Origin: Candidatus Acidiferrales bacterium
GTDB taxonomy: Bacteria; Acidobacteriota; Terriglobia; Acidiferrales; UBA7541
Reading direction: 5' to 3'
Assembly: GCA_035308165.1 (NCBI GenBank)
Contig: DATGHC010000021.1
Span: forward strand, 769 to 64,768
DNA length: 64,000 nucleotides
The position numbers and the translations under genes are program-made. Below, piece after piece: positions 24,299-32,322 of the stretch. Numbering within the stretch: the first letter of the stretch is position 1; every line of letters begins with the position of its first letter. The notes below the pieces were generated by a model that saw only the letters and a list, made by a program, of their open reading frames with translations, ran no database searches and was not told the DNA's origin.

Positions 24299-24598
24299 AT
24301 GGAATTAAAGGACATCGAGGTCTGGCGTCGCCGCATCGATGAGATTGACCGGCAACTTGTGGAACTGCTGAACGAGCGCTCGCTGTGTGCCATGGAAATT
24401 GGACACATCAAGCAGGAAGCGAAGTTGCCGCTTTACCAGCCGGAGCGGGAGAAGGAAGTTTTAGCGAAAGCCGAAAGCAATAACCGGGGCCCGCTGCCCG
24501 ACAAGGCGATTCGGCGGCTCTTCGAGCGAATTCTGGATGAAGCGCGGTCGGCGGAGCGGTATGCGATGAAGTCAGATGAATCGCCGAAGCAAGAATGA
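24299..24598 (+). CDS. chorismate mutase, stand-alone AroQ type
   Basis: 99 aa, all-helical. RRRIDEIDRQLVELLNER ... REKEVL ... IRRLFERILDE pattern, typical of AroQ. Confidence 0.85.
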   Translation: MELKDIEVWRRRIDEIDRQLVELLNERSLCAMEIGHIKQEAKLPLYQPEREKEVLAKAESNNRGPLPDKAIRRLFERILDEARSAERYAMKSDESPKQE

Positions 24599-24654
24599 AC
24601 CGCCGCACGGCGCGGCAATGCCGCCGAAAAAAATAATTTTCCTGGGGGAACACA

Positions 24655-25674
24655 ATGGTTGTGGTGATGCAGCAGGGCGCGACGGACGAGCAGATCCAAC
24701 ACGTAATAGACCGGCTCGTGTCGCTGGGATTCGATGTTCATCGATCGACGGGCGCGGCGCAGACGGTGCTGGGCGCGGTGGGGGTGCGACCCGATTATGA
24801 TCCGCGCGAAGTGGAATTGTTGGAGGGGGTGCGCGAAGTGGTGCGCATCACCCAGCCCTACAAACTTGCCAGCCGGGCGTTCCGCCCCGAAGGAACGGTG
24901 GTCAAGCTGGGAAACGGCGTGAGTATCGGCGGGCCGGAGGTGGTGGTGGCGGCGGGGCCGTGCTCGGTGGAATCGCCGGAACAACTGGAAGCGGTGGCCA
25001 AGAGCGTGGCGCGCAGCGGAGCGAAAATTCTTCGAGGGGGAGCATACAAGCCACGCACATCGCCGTACAGTTTTCAGGGCATGGGGGAATCGGCGCTGAA
25101 CCTGCTGCGGGAGGCCGCCGACCGTCACGGACTTCTGGTGATCAGCGAGGTGATGGACGCGTCGCAAATTCCGGCGATGCTGCCGCTGGTGGACGTTCTG
25201 CAAGTGGGCGCGCGCAATATGCAGAATTATTATTTGTTGCGTGCGCTGGGCGAGGTGAAGAAACCTGTGCTGCTGAAGCGCGGAATGTCCGCCACAATTG
25301 AAGAGCTGCTGCTCAGTGCTGAATATCTTATGGCCGGCGGGAATCACAACGTGATTCTATGCGAGCGGGGGATCCGCACGTTTGAAACGTACATGCGGAA
25401 CACTTTGGATATTGCGGCCATTCCAACGATTCAGAAATTATCGCATTTGCCGATTGTCGCGGATCCATCGCACGGCACGGGCCGCCGCGACAAAGTCGCG
25501 CCGATGGCGCGCGCTGCCGTGGCGGCGGGCGCCGATGGACTGTTGATCGAAGTTCACAACGATCCGGAGCACGCGCTTTCCGATGGCGCGCAATCTTTGT
25601 ACCCCGAGCAGTTCACGCAGCTCATGGCCGAGCTGCGAATCATTGCGCCCGCAGTCGGCCGCCGAGTTGCGTAG
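24655..25674 (+). CDS. aroF: 3-deoxy-7-phosphoheptulonate (DAHP) synthase, type I-beta with N-terminal ferredoxin-like regulatory domain
   Basis: GPCSVES, LRGGAYKPRTSPYSFQG and DPSH motifs. The N-terminal ~65 aa (MVVVMQQGATDEQIQHVIDRLVSLGFDVH...) resemble the Thermotoga-type regulatory domain. Confidence 0.93.
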   Translation: MVVVMQQGATDEQIQHVIDRLVSLGFDVHRSTGAAQTVLGAVGVRPDYDPREVELLEGVREVVRITQPYKLASRAFRPEGTVVKLGNGVSIGGPEVVVAAGPCSVESPEQLEAVAKSVARSGAKILRGGAYKPRTSPYSFQGMGESALNLLREAADRHGLLVISEVMDASQIPAMLPLVDVLQVGARNMQNYYLLRALGEVKKPVLLKRGMSATIEELLLSAEYLMAGGNHNVILCERGIRTFETYMRNTLDIAAIPTIQKLSHLPIVADPSHGTGRRDKVAPMARAAVAAGADGLLIEVHNDPEHALSDGAQSLYPEQFTQLMAELRIIAPAVGRRVA

Positions 25675-25677
25675 CCC

Positions 25678-26550
25678 ATGTCCGACTCCCCGCCTGTTTC
25701 GTTCCGCCGCATCGCCATTCTGGGCACGGGATTGATTGGAGGATCCTTCGGTGTGGCGGTGCGACGCTGCATTACGGATGCACGCATCGTGGGGTTCGAC
25801 CGCGGTCCAGCGCTGGAACGAGCGCAGGCCCGCGGAGCGATTGATGAAGGCGCAAGAGATTTGGCGGGCGCTGTGCGTGGGGCCGATCTGGTTTACATCG
25901 CTTTACCTATTTCCTCCGCCATCGAGATGCTTCCCGAAATCGCGCGCCACGCCGAAGCGCAGGCGCTGGTCACCGACGCGTGCAGTACGAAATGCGTGGT
26001 GTGCCGCGTCGCAGGACAGCATTTCCAAGGTAGCGCGAAATTTCTTGGGGGGCATCCCATGGCTGGCAAAGAGACTGAGGGTATTGCCGCTGCGGATGGC
26101 GAACTTTTTCGAGGAGCAAATTACGCGCTTATTGGTGACGAAGAGGCACAAGAGGAGCCGCGCGTGGCGGCGTTCGTCTCTCTAATCAGGAAAATGGGGG
26201 CACACCCAATCTGGATGGACGCGGAAACGCACGACTGGGCCGCAGCGATTATTTCCCATCTGCCGCAAATGGCCGCGATCGCCCTTGCCGAAGTCATCGC
26301 CGCGGAAACGGATGAATCCGGCTTGCCCGTTTCACTCGCGGGCAGTGGTGTGCGGGATGCTCTCCGTCTCGCGGGTAGTCCCTACGCTATGTGGCGCGAT
26401 ATTGCCGTCACCAACTCCGACAATCTTTCCCGTGCGTTGGATCGCCTCTCGCAAGCCATTGATCAGATCCGGACTCACCTCAGATCGCGTGAGCTGGAAG
26501 AGTCATTCGCTGAAGCAAATCGTGTTTGCAAATCCCTGCGGCCTAAATAA
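25678..26550 (+). CDS. tyrA: prephenate dehydrogenase
   Basis: Rossmann motif IAILGTGLIGGS and catalytic GGHPMAGKE. Confidence 0.9.
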   Translation: MSDSPPVSFRRIAILGTGLIGGSFGVAVRRCITDARIVGFDRGPALERAQARGAIDEGARDLAGAVRGADLVYIALPISSAIEMLPEIARHAEAQALVTDACSTKCVVCRVAGQHFQGSAKFLGGHPMAGKETEGIAAADGELFRGANYALIGDEEAQEEPRVAAFVSLIRKMGAHPIWMDAETHDWAAAIISHLPQMAAIALAEVIAAETDESGLPVSLAGSGVRDALRLAGSPYAMWRDIAVTNSDNLSRALDRLSQAIDQIRTHLRSRELEESFAEANRVCKSLRPK

Positions 26551-26551
26551 T

Positions 26552-26582
26552 CAAATGGCCCCGCGTGTTGCGAGGCCATTTG
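26552..26582. terminator. hairpin between convergent tyrA and the Gly-tail protein gene (possible bidirectional terminator)
   Basis: 9-bp stem CAAATGGCC / GGCCATTTG (26552-26560 with 26574-26582) around a 13-nt loop that can pair further. A/T-rich flanks, but no clean U-tract. Confidence 0.45.
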
Positions 26583-26616
26583 AAATCCGCATTTTGAAAA
26601 AACTTGGCGCAGGGTT

Positions 26617-28554
26617 TTAGTGGCCTCGACCGCCGCCACCGCCACCACCGCCTCCAACTCCTCCACCGCCGCCGCCGCCTCCAACTCCTCCTCCGCCGCC
26701 ACCGCCACCACTGTGACCGCCGCCACCGACACTGCCACCACCAGAGCTGCCAGCGCTGTGGCCGCCGCTGGAACCTCCTCCACTGCTCGAGCCGCTACCG
26801 CGCGAGCCGCCACCGGAATTTCCTGCCGACGAATGGCCGCCCGAGTAACCCCCGCCGGAACCGGACACACCGCTATACCCGCTTCTTACGGTGCCATGGG
26901 TGCTGACGCTGCCCACCACTTCGGTCTTGGGAGACCCAACAACCGGACCCCCGTGATTCCCATGATTCATGCTTCCAACTAAAGTGGTGGTACCCGGTTT
27001 TGTCCCGGAGCCGGGGTTTACTGTCCTGACGAAATTATGGGAGCTGTAGTCGTATTTGATCACGGGCGCGGGAGTATTCCTGGCGGTTAGCGTGACGCCG
27101 CCTACCGAGATTACCGGCTTCACGCTGGGCATTAATTCTGACCGCAACTGTGCGGTAATCACCGGCCGACCCACGGGAGGAAGATGCGGCGATTTATCGC
27201 CGTTGAGTCCCGCGGGTTGTTTATTGAGGACGGTGTATTTTTGCCCCGGATTGAAGGGCACCCGCTGCACGGGCATGCCGGGCTTGTGCATCCAGATTCC
27301 GTACTTCAAATTGATGGGCGTCTTACCCTTCTGATCGAGAGGATGTCTGGGAACCCAGCAGTTGCCGGTGCCACATTTCACCGGAATGACCGGAGGGTGA
27401 TGGTGCTTTCTTCCAACCACAAAGGTGCAGCGCGCATTCTGGGGATATGGGTAAATCCAATACCCTGAATTACACAAACCCCAGTCCCAGGGAGAGGATT
27501 CAACTGTTTCCTGGACAACCGTCTCTTTGCCGGTGAGGGGGTCTATTACGGTTTCGGTTCGCAGAGACGACCCGAAGCAATCGCCAAGAGGTTCGTAACT
27601 CACTCGAGGATTCAGATAGGTGCGCTTTCGAGGAGGAGCGATTTGAACCTGTTGGGCACTCGTTTGAGTCTGCTGCAAACCCGCGGGATTCGATTGTTGC
27701 GACACAGGAATGGATTGGACGGAACGGGACAAGCCGTTGGGCTCCCAGCACTTCCCGTAAGGCGAGCAATCGAAGAATGTCCCAGTTCGATAAAGATCCG
27801 TAATTCCGGGGACAAATGAGGTGAGCCCGGAGGCTTTGAGAGCCGCAGCCGTATCCATCTCTCTGGTTTGGACGCGCTGACTTACCCAAGTATCCCAGTC
27901 GGCAGGCCCTGTGGAGGGCTGAGGGCCTCCCAATTGAATGATCTCCCCTTGATCGGTGGAGATAGTCTTGCCTTTGTCGAGGTGAATCGTCTTCAACGCG
28001 CCCCGTAGGACATCGTCACCTTTGTCGTTTTGAGGAGTGACAGAGGTCGCGTCCATGTAACTGTCCACCCTGAGGAAGGATTTCTTCGGGAAGGTCAGTT
28101 CGTCGGTGGTGGTTTCCACGGTGAACTTTTCTTTTGGCGCGGGATCCACGGAAAAAGTCGCCGTGCCGGTGATCAGCCTTACCTGAGTGGTGGGCACATA
28201 GTTCTTGGAGGACAGCTTCTCAAAAAGGAGGACAGAATTTTCGGCGAGATAGGCTGTTGAGCCATTTTCAAATTCGATTTCCGCGCGTCCATCGCCGGTG
28301 GCCAAGCTATAGTCCTGCAGGATGGGAGTGTTTGTCACCGCCTGCTCCCATCCACCGCTGAGGTCGGGGTGCTTGTCACGACCGGGCGCTATGCGGACAT
28401 CGCCCTGCACATAGCTCAAGCGAACAATTTGAGGCTGCGATCGTGACTCATCGTCCTGGGCGGACGCCGGGTGAGCATTGAACACGGTGAACAACAAGAT
28501 GCAAGACCCGGGTATAAGAAGCGAGCTAAGGAACCTGCTAGAAGACTGAATCAT
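26617..28554 (-). CDS. secreted FecR-domain protein with extreme Gly/Ser-rich C-terminal tail
   Basis: 645 aa. Signal-like N-terminus ending ASAQ. FecR-like block VRLSYVQGDVRI...TGDGRAEIEFENGSTAYLAENSVLLF. The last ~90 aa are almost only G/S/H/V and end GGGGGGGGVGGGGGGGGVGGGGGGGGGRGH. Confidence 0.8.
   Translation of the reverse strand: MIQSSSRFLSSLLIPGSCILLFTVFNAHPASAQDDESRSQPQIVRLSYVQGDVRIAPGRDKHPDLSGGWEQAVTNTPILQDYSLATGDGRAEIEFENGSTAYLAENSVLLFEKLSSKNYVPTTQVRLITGTATFSVDPAPKEKFTVETTTDELTFPKKSFLRVDSYMDATSVTPQNDKGDDVLRGALKTIHLDKGKTISTDQGEIIQLGGPQPSTGPADWDTWVSQRVQTREMDTAAALKASGLTSFVPGITDLYRTGTFFDCSPYGKCWEPNGLSRSVQSIPVSQQSNPAGLQQTQTSAQQVQIAPPRKRTYLNPRVSYEPLGDCFGSSLRTETVIDPLTGKETVVQETVESSPWDWGLCNSGYWIYPYPQNARCTFVVGRKHHHPPVIPVKCGTGNCWVPRHPLDQKGKTPINLKYGIWMHKPGMPVQRVPFNPGQKYTVLNKQPAGLNGDKSPHLPPVGRPVITAQLRSELMPSVKPVISVGGVTLTARNTPAPVIKYDYSSHNFVRTVNPGSGTKPGTTTLVGSMNHGNHGGPVVGSPKTEVVGSVSTHGTVRSGYSGVSGSGGGYSGGHSSAGNSGGGSRGSGSSSGGGSSGGHSAGSSGGGSVGGGGHSGGGGGGGGVGGGGGGGGVGGGGGGGGGRGH
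26620..26890 (-). repeat. coding low-complexity GGN-codon tract (poly-Gly tail), with imperfect ~27-nt tandem units
   Basis: The plus strand reads as runs of GCC/ACC/TCC triplets. The unit CCGCCTCCAACTCCTCC(A/T)CCGCCGCC occurs twice near 26650-26700. Confidence 0.7.
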
Positions 28555-28714
28555 GGCTGCCCTCCCACTGGGAAGTAGGGGCCCTAATTGTAGGATGCGT
28601 ACGGTGAAGTTACGTTACATTTAGTTTATGAGTCAAGGCGTTTCTGACACGGGACCCGGCCGGCCAATTTCAGTTTGCGGTGCAATCGCACTTTCGGAGT
28701 AAACTACCGTTCCC

Positions 28715-29338
28715 ATGCATTGGATTGAAGCGCATCCGGCAGTGTTGCAGGCGTTGAGCAGCCTGGTTATCGCCTTCATGACCGTTGTGCTGATCGCGGT
28801 TACGTGTGTGTACGCGCGGGCGAATTGGAAGACCATGCGGCTGATGGAAGCGGACATCCGTTTTCGCACCGAGCCGATTCCGAGAGTGACGCTTCGACCG
28901 GCTCCTGCGGATTCGGCGATGCAAACTGCGATGGGGAAGGCGATGTCGCTTAAAGTTTGCATTACCACGTCGAATGCGCCACTGGTCATCAAGGAATGTC
29001 TGCTGTCCGTGTCTTTCCAATCCGGAGCGCACAAGGATTTTCATTCGCCGATGGGCGGGATGGTTCGCATTCCCGTGGGGGAAGAATACGAATTGGATAC
29101 GGAAATTGTGGCCCAGGAGCCGATTGACCATTGGAGCGTGAACCTCGATTACTGGGACCTGACCGGAAGAATCGAGTACCGAGTCTGGTTCGGGCCGAAT
29201 GGAGCGACTTTTTCGTACGGGCCCAAGGGATACAGTTCGCTGCGCAACGCGTTTCTGTATCGCTGGCACCGGTTCCGAGGGCGGGATCCAATCGTTGTTG
29301 GACATGGAGAAGTACACGCAACGGCGCGACACCAGTAA
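28715..29338 (+). CDS. hypothetical membrane-anchored protein (no recognisable domain)
   Basis: 207 aa with one N-terminal TM helix (LSSLVIAFMTVVLIAVTCVY) and normal-looking composition. The competing minus-strand ORF 28670-29332 is Arg-rich and looks like a shadow ORF. Confidence 0.55.
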   Translation: MHWIEAHPAVLQALSSLVIAFMTVVLIAVTCVYARANWKTMRLMEADIRFRTEPIPRVTLRPAPADSAMQTAMGKAMSLKVCITTSNAPLVIKECLLSVSFQSGAHKDFHSPMGGMVRIPVGEEYELDTEIVAQEPIDHWSVNLDYWDLTGRIEYRVWFGPNGATFSYGPKGYSSLRNAFLYRWHRFRGRDPIVVGHGEVHATARHQ

Positions 29339-29362
29339 ACTCCGGGAAACTTTTGATCGATC

Positions 29363-30448
29363 ATGTCACCCGCTCCAGTTCATTTGTTCTCGCCTTTGAC
29401 GATACGCGAAATAACTTTTCGCAACCGCATTGTGGTTTCGCCCATGTGCCAATATTCCTGCGAGGACGGACTGGCCACGGATTGGCACCTAGTGCACCTG
29501 GGCTCTCGCGCGGTGGGAGGCGCCGCACTGGTTTTTGCCGAAGCGACGGCAGTGACCGCCGATGGACGGATCAGCCCGGCGGATCTGGGGATTTGGAAGG
29601 ATGAACACGTTGCGCCGCTGGCACGCGCGGCGCGGTTCATAAAATCGCAAGGAGCGGTTGCCGGGATTCAGCTGGCGCATGCGGGAAGGAAGGCCAGCAC
29701 GGCTGCGCCGTGGCTGGGCGGCAAACCGCTGGGCGTGGAGCAGGGCGGATGGAGTCCGATTTATGCGCCGAGCGAAATTGCGTTCAATGAAGGTTACCAA
29801 ACGCCGGCCGGGCTCTCCATCGCTGAGATTGGCGGGATCGTTGAGGCGTATGTGCAGGCCGCGAAACGCGCGCTGACGGCGGGCTTTGAGGTGATCGAAA
29901 TTCACAGCGCGCACGGATATTTGGGGAATGAATTTCTTTCGCCGCTCTCGAACCGGCGCACCGATGAGTATGGCCGCAGCTTTGAGAATCGCACGCGGTT
30001 CACACGCGAAGTGGCGGAGGCGGTTCGCCGCGTTTGGCCGGTGCGGTTGCCATTGTTCCTGCGAATTTCGGCAAGCGACTGGGCGGAGGGGGGCTGGACC
30101 ATCGAGGATTCGGTGGCGCTGGCGAAAATGGTGCGTCCGCTGGGTGTGGACTTGATAGATTGCTCCGGCGGCGGGCTGGTGCCCTACGCGAAAATCCCTG
30201 TAGGGCCGGGATACCAGGTGCCGTTTGCCGAAGCGGTAAGGCGGCAAGCGAACATTGCGTCTGGAGCCGTGGGGATGATCACCGATCCGATGCAGGCGGA
30301 CCAGATTATTCGGAACGGGCAGGCCGATTTTGTAATTATGGCCAGGGAATTTCTGCGCGACCCGTACTGGCCGCTGCACGCGGCCGCAGCGGTGCATCAG
30401 GAAATCGCCTGGCCGAAACAATACGAGCGGGCCAAGCCCACGAAGTAG
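29363..30448 (+). CDS. namA: NADPH dehydrogenase / NADH:flavin oxidoreductase, YqjM-class Old Yellow Enzyme
   Basis: 361 aa. FRNRIVVSPMCQYS, QLAHAGRKAS, IEIHSAHGYL. Confidence 0.88.
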   Translation: MSPAPVHLFSPLTIREITFRNRIVVSPMCQYSCEDGLATDWHLVHLGSRAVGGAALVFAEATAVTADGRISPADLGIWKDEHVAPLARAARFIKSQGAVAGIQLAHAGRKASTAAPWLGGKPLGVEQGGWSPIYAPSEIAFNEGYQTPAGLSIAEIGGIVEAYVQAAKRALTAGFEVIEIHSAHGYLGNEFLSPLSNRRTDEYGRSFENRTRFTREVAEAVRRVWPVRLPLFLRISASDWAEGGWTIEDSVALAKMVRPLGVDLIDCSGGGLVPYAKIPVGPGYQVPFAEAVRRQANIASGAVGMITDPMQADQIIRNGQADFVIMAREFLRDPYWPLHAAAAVHQEIAWPKQYERAKPTK

Positions 30449-30662
30449 TTCATTCAAACGAAGGCGGTGCGGGTTTGCGAAGACTCAGCGGGATTTACGC
30501 AGGGTTTCGGGAGTTGATTGCGGACTGCGAGTGGATACCAGGTCAAGGCGAGGTCTACTGACACTTCTTCTCCACTTATAAACATAACATCAGAGTACAA
30601 TCCGCGTCAATACAATTTTTTTCCTGCCCGCCTAAATCCAATTCCAAAGATGCAGGAAGAGT

Positions 30663-32186
30663 ATGGCCCCTTCCAATAACTTCGAGCGGGCATTACACTC
30701 ACGCCCTATGCGAAAACCGGCTTTGATTGTGATTGCAGTGTTGAACGGCATGTTGGGCGGCGCGTGCGCGGCGCAAACCCCCGCTCCGGATTTGGATGCC
30801 ATCGCGAAAAAAGTCATCGCGCAGGAACATGTTGTTGGAGCCTCAGTGCTGGTGGTGCGCGGCGACCGGGTCCTTCTGCACAAAGGATACGGCTATGCAG
30901 ACCTGGGCCTGGAAGCTCCCACGAAAGACGAGACGGTTTATCACATCGTTGGGCCCATGCTGCCCTTCACCGGAATTGCGGTGATGCAGCTTGTGGAGCG
31001 CGGAAAACTTTCGCTGGACGACGATATATCCAAATACGTCCCGGAATTCCCCATGCAAGGGCATCGTGTGAGCATCCGGCAATTGCTGAATCACACTTCG
31101 GGAATTGTGGACTATCACTACCTGGGTGACCCCATTGAGGCCACCAGCCGGCAACCCAAGGCGCTCGACGAAGTGATGGCGCTCTACGCGGGGAAGGATT
31201 GGGTGAATGAACCGGGCAAGAAATGGGATTGGTCTATCTCGGGATTCAACCTGCTGGCGATTGTTGTGGAGCGGATTTCCGGACAAAGTTTTCGTGAATA
31301 CATGCAGGAGAATATTTTCGCGCCCGCGGGAGTGAAATCCACCAGCTACTGCGATGATTTTTCGCTGGTCAAGGGTTTGTCACATGCCTATCGAAGATTC
31401 GGCGACAGCTTTGTCATGGCGAATGAAAATGACATGGCCTACAACTACGATCTGCGTTTTTGCAGCACTGTGGGCGATTTGAATCTGTTGTGGCGCGCCA
31501 TCCTGGAAAAAAAACTCATTCGCCCGGAAACTTTTAAGCAGATGACCACTGCGGAGGGCGCCGGCATGCAGATGAGTCCCCAGGATCCCAGGGCGCAGTA
31601 CGGCTTCGCGGTCACGATCAATCATGAGGAGGAGCACCGGCGCATCGGGCAGCACGGCTCGCTCTACGGCTATAGCGGCAGCCTTTACGATTTCCCCAAT
31701 GACCAACTGACGATCGCGGTGCTCACCAACACGGAAGGGCAAAATGCATATGCCATCACGCGTGCGTTGGCGCGCGCGGTTTTGGGATTGCAGGAGCTTC
31801 CCGCGCCTGCGCCAAATCCTGAAAAAATTATTTCTGACTTATCTACATCCGCGGAAGAGCGCGCCCACCTTGCGGGGACTTTTCTTTTGAAGCTGGACCG
31901 CTTGTCGCCCAACCTGCACGATTCCTTCGCGCAGTATCGCCGCACTTATCGAGTGTTCGATGAAAACGGGCGCTTGATGATCGAAGCGCTGGGGGGAGAT
32001 CCTGAGCGGCTCCTTAAACAGCATGATGGAAGCTTTGCGATGCGGTCGACGCCCGGCAATCACATCACCTTTGTGATGCAAGACGGGCGCGCCACTGGAA
32101 TCAAGATGCAGGGATTCGGCGTGCCCCTTTCAGGCGACCGGGTGGGTGATGGCGACCCGAATACTTTTCACCGCCACCTCAATTAA
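30663..32186 (+). CDS. beta-lactamase/serine-hydrolase-fold protein, probably catalytically dead
   Basis: 507 aa with a signal-like N-terminus. Family blocks LVERGKLSLDDDISKYVPEF, LLNHTSGI, LLAIVVERISGQSF. Where SxxK is expected the sequence reads IVGPMLPFTG, and where YxN is expected it reads WDWSISGF. Confidence 0.8.
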   Translation: MAPSNNFERALHSRPMRKPALIVIAVLNGMLGGACAAQTPAPDLDAIAKKVIAQEHVVGASVLVVRGDRVLLHKGYGYADLGLEAPTKDETVYHIVGPMLPFTGIAVMQLVERGKLSLDDDISKYVPEFPMQGHRVSIRQLLNHTSGIVDYHYLGDPIEATSRQPKALDEVMALYAGKDWVNEPGKKWDWSISGFNLLAIVVERISGQSFREYMQENIFAPAGVKSTSYCDDFSLVKGLSHAYRRFGDSFVMANENDMAYNYDLRFCSTVGDLNLLWRAILEKKLIRPETFKQMTTAEGAGMQMSPQDPRAQYGFAVTINHEEEHRRIGQHGSLYGYSGSLYDFPNDQLTIAVLTNTEGQNAYAITRALARAVLGLQELPAPAPNPEKIISDLSTSAEERAHLAGTFLLKLDRLSPNLHDSFAQYRRTYRVFDENGRLMIEALGGDPERLLKQHDGSFAMRSTPGNHITFVMQDGRATGIKMQGFGVPLSGDRVGDGDPNTFHRHLN

Positions 32187-32233
32187 CCGTAACCATCCTT
32201 TGGAAGAACGAGAAGCACGCCGTCCGCAAAAGG

Positions 32234-32288
32234 GAAGCGCGTTCCCCGAACTCCGAAAACTTTCATCGGAATACAGAGAACGCGCTTC
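32234..32288. repeat. 11-bp perfect inverted repeat between convergent genes
   Basis: GAAGCGCGTTC (32234-32244) and GAACGCGCTTC (32278-32288), separated by 33 nt. Confidence 0.6.
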
Positions 32289-32322
32289 GCATTGCGTTGA
32301 TGCCGGTTAAGCAGCGATCCGC

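Noticed and set aside
24433-25347. 304-aa minus-strand ORF across chorismate mutase and DAHP synthase. The 322-aa ORF 29489-30457 antisense to the OYE gene is similar.
   Set aside because: These are shadow ORFs opposite genes that carry unambiguous catalytic motifs.
26620-26982. Repetitive DNA that might be taken for a CRISPR or other non-coding tandem array.
   Set aside because: The repeats are triplet-phased GGN codons inside a long ORF that has a signal peptide and a FecR domain. There is no repeat-spacer structure.
28670-29332. 220-aa minus-strand ORF competing with the 28715-29338 plus-strand ORF.
   Set aside because: It is Arg/His-rich and has no hydrophobic core. The plus-strand product has a TM helix and balanced composition. 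The choice remains only moderately certain.
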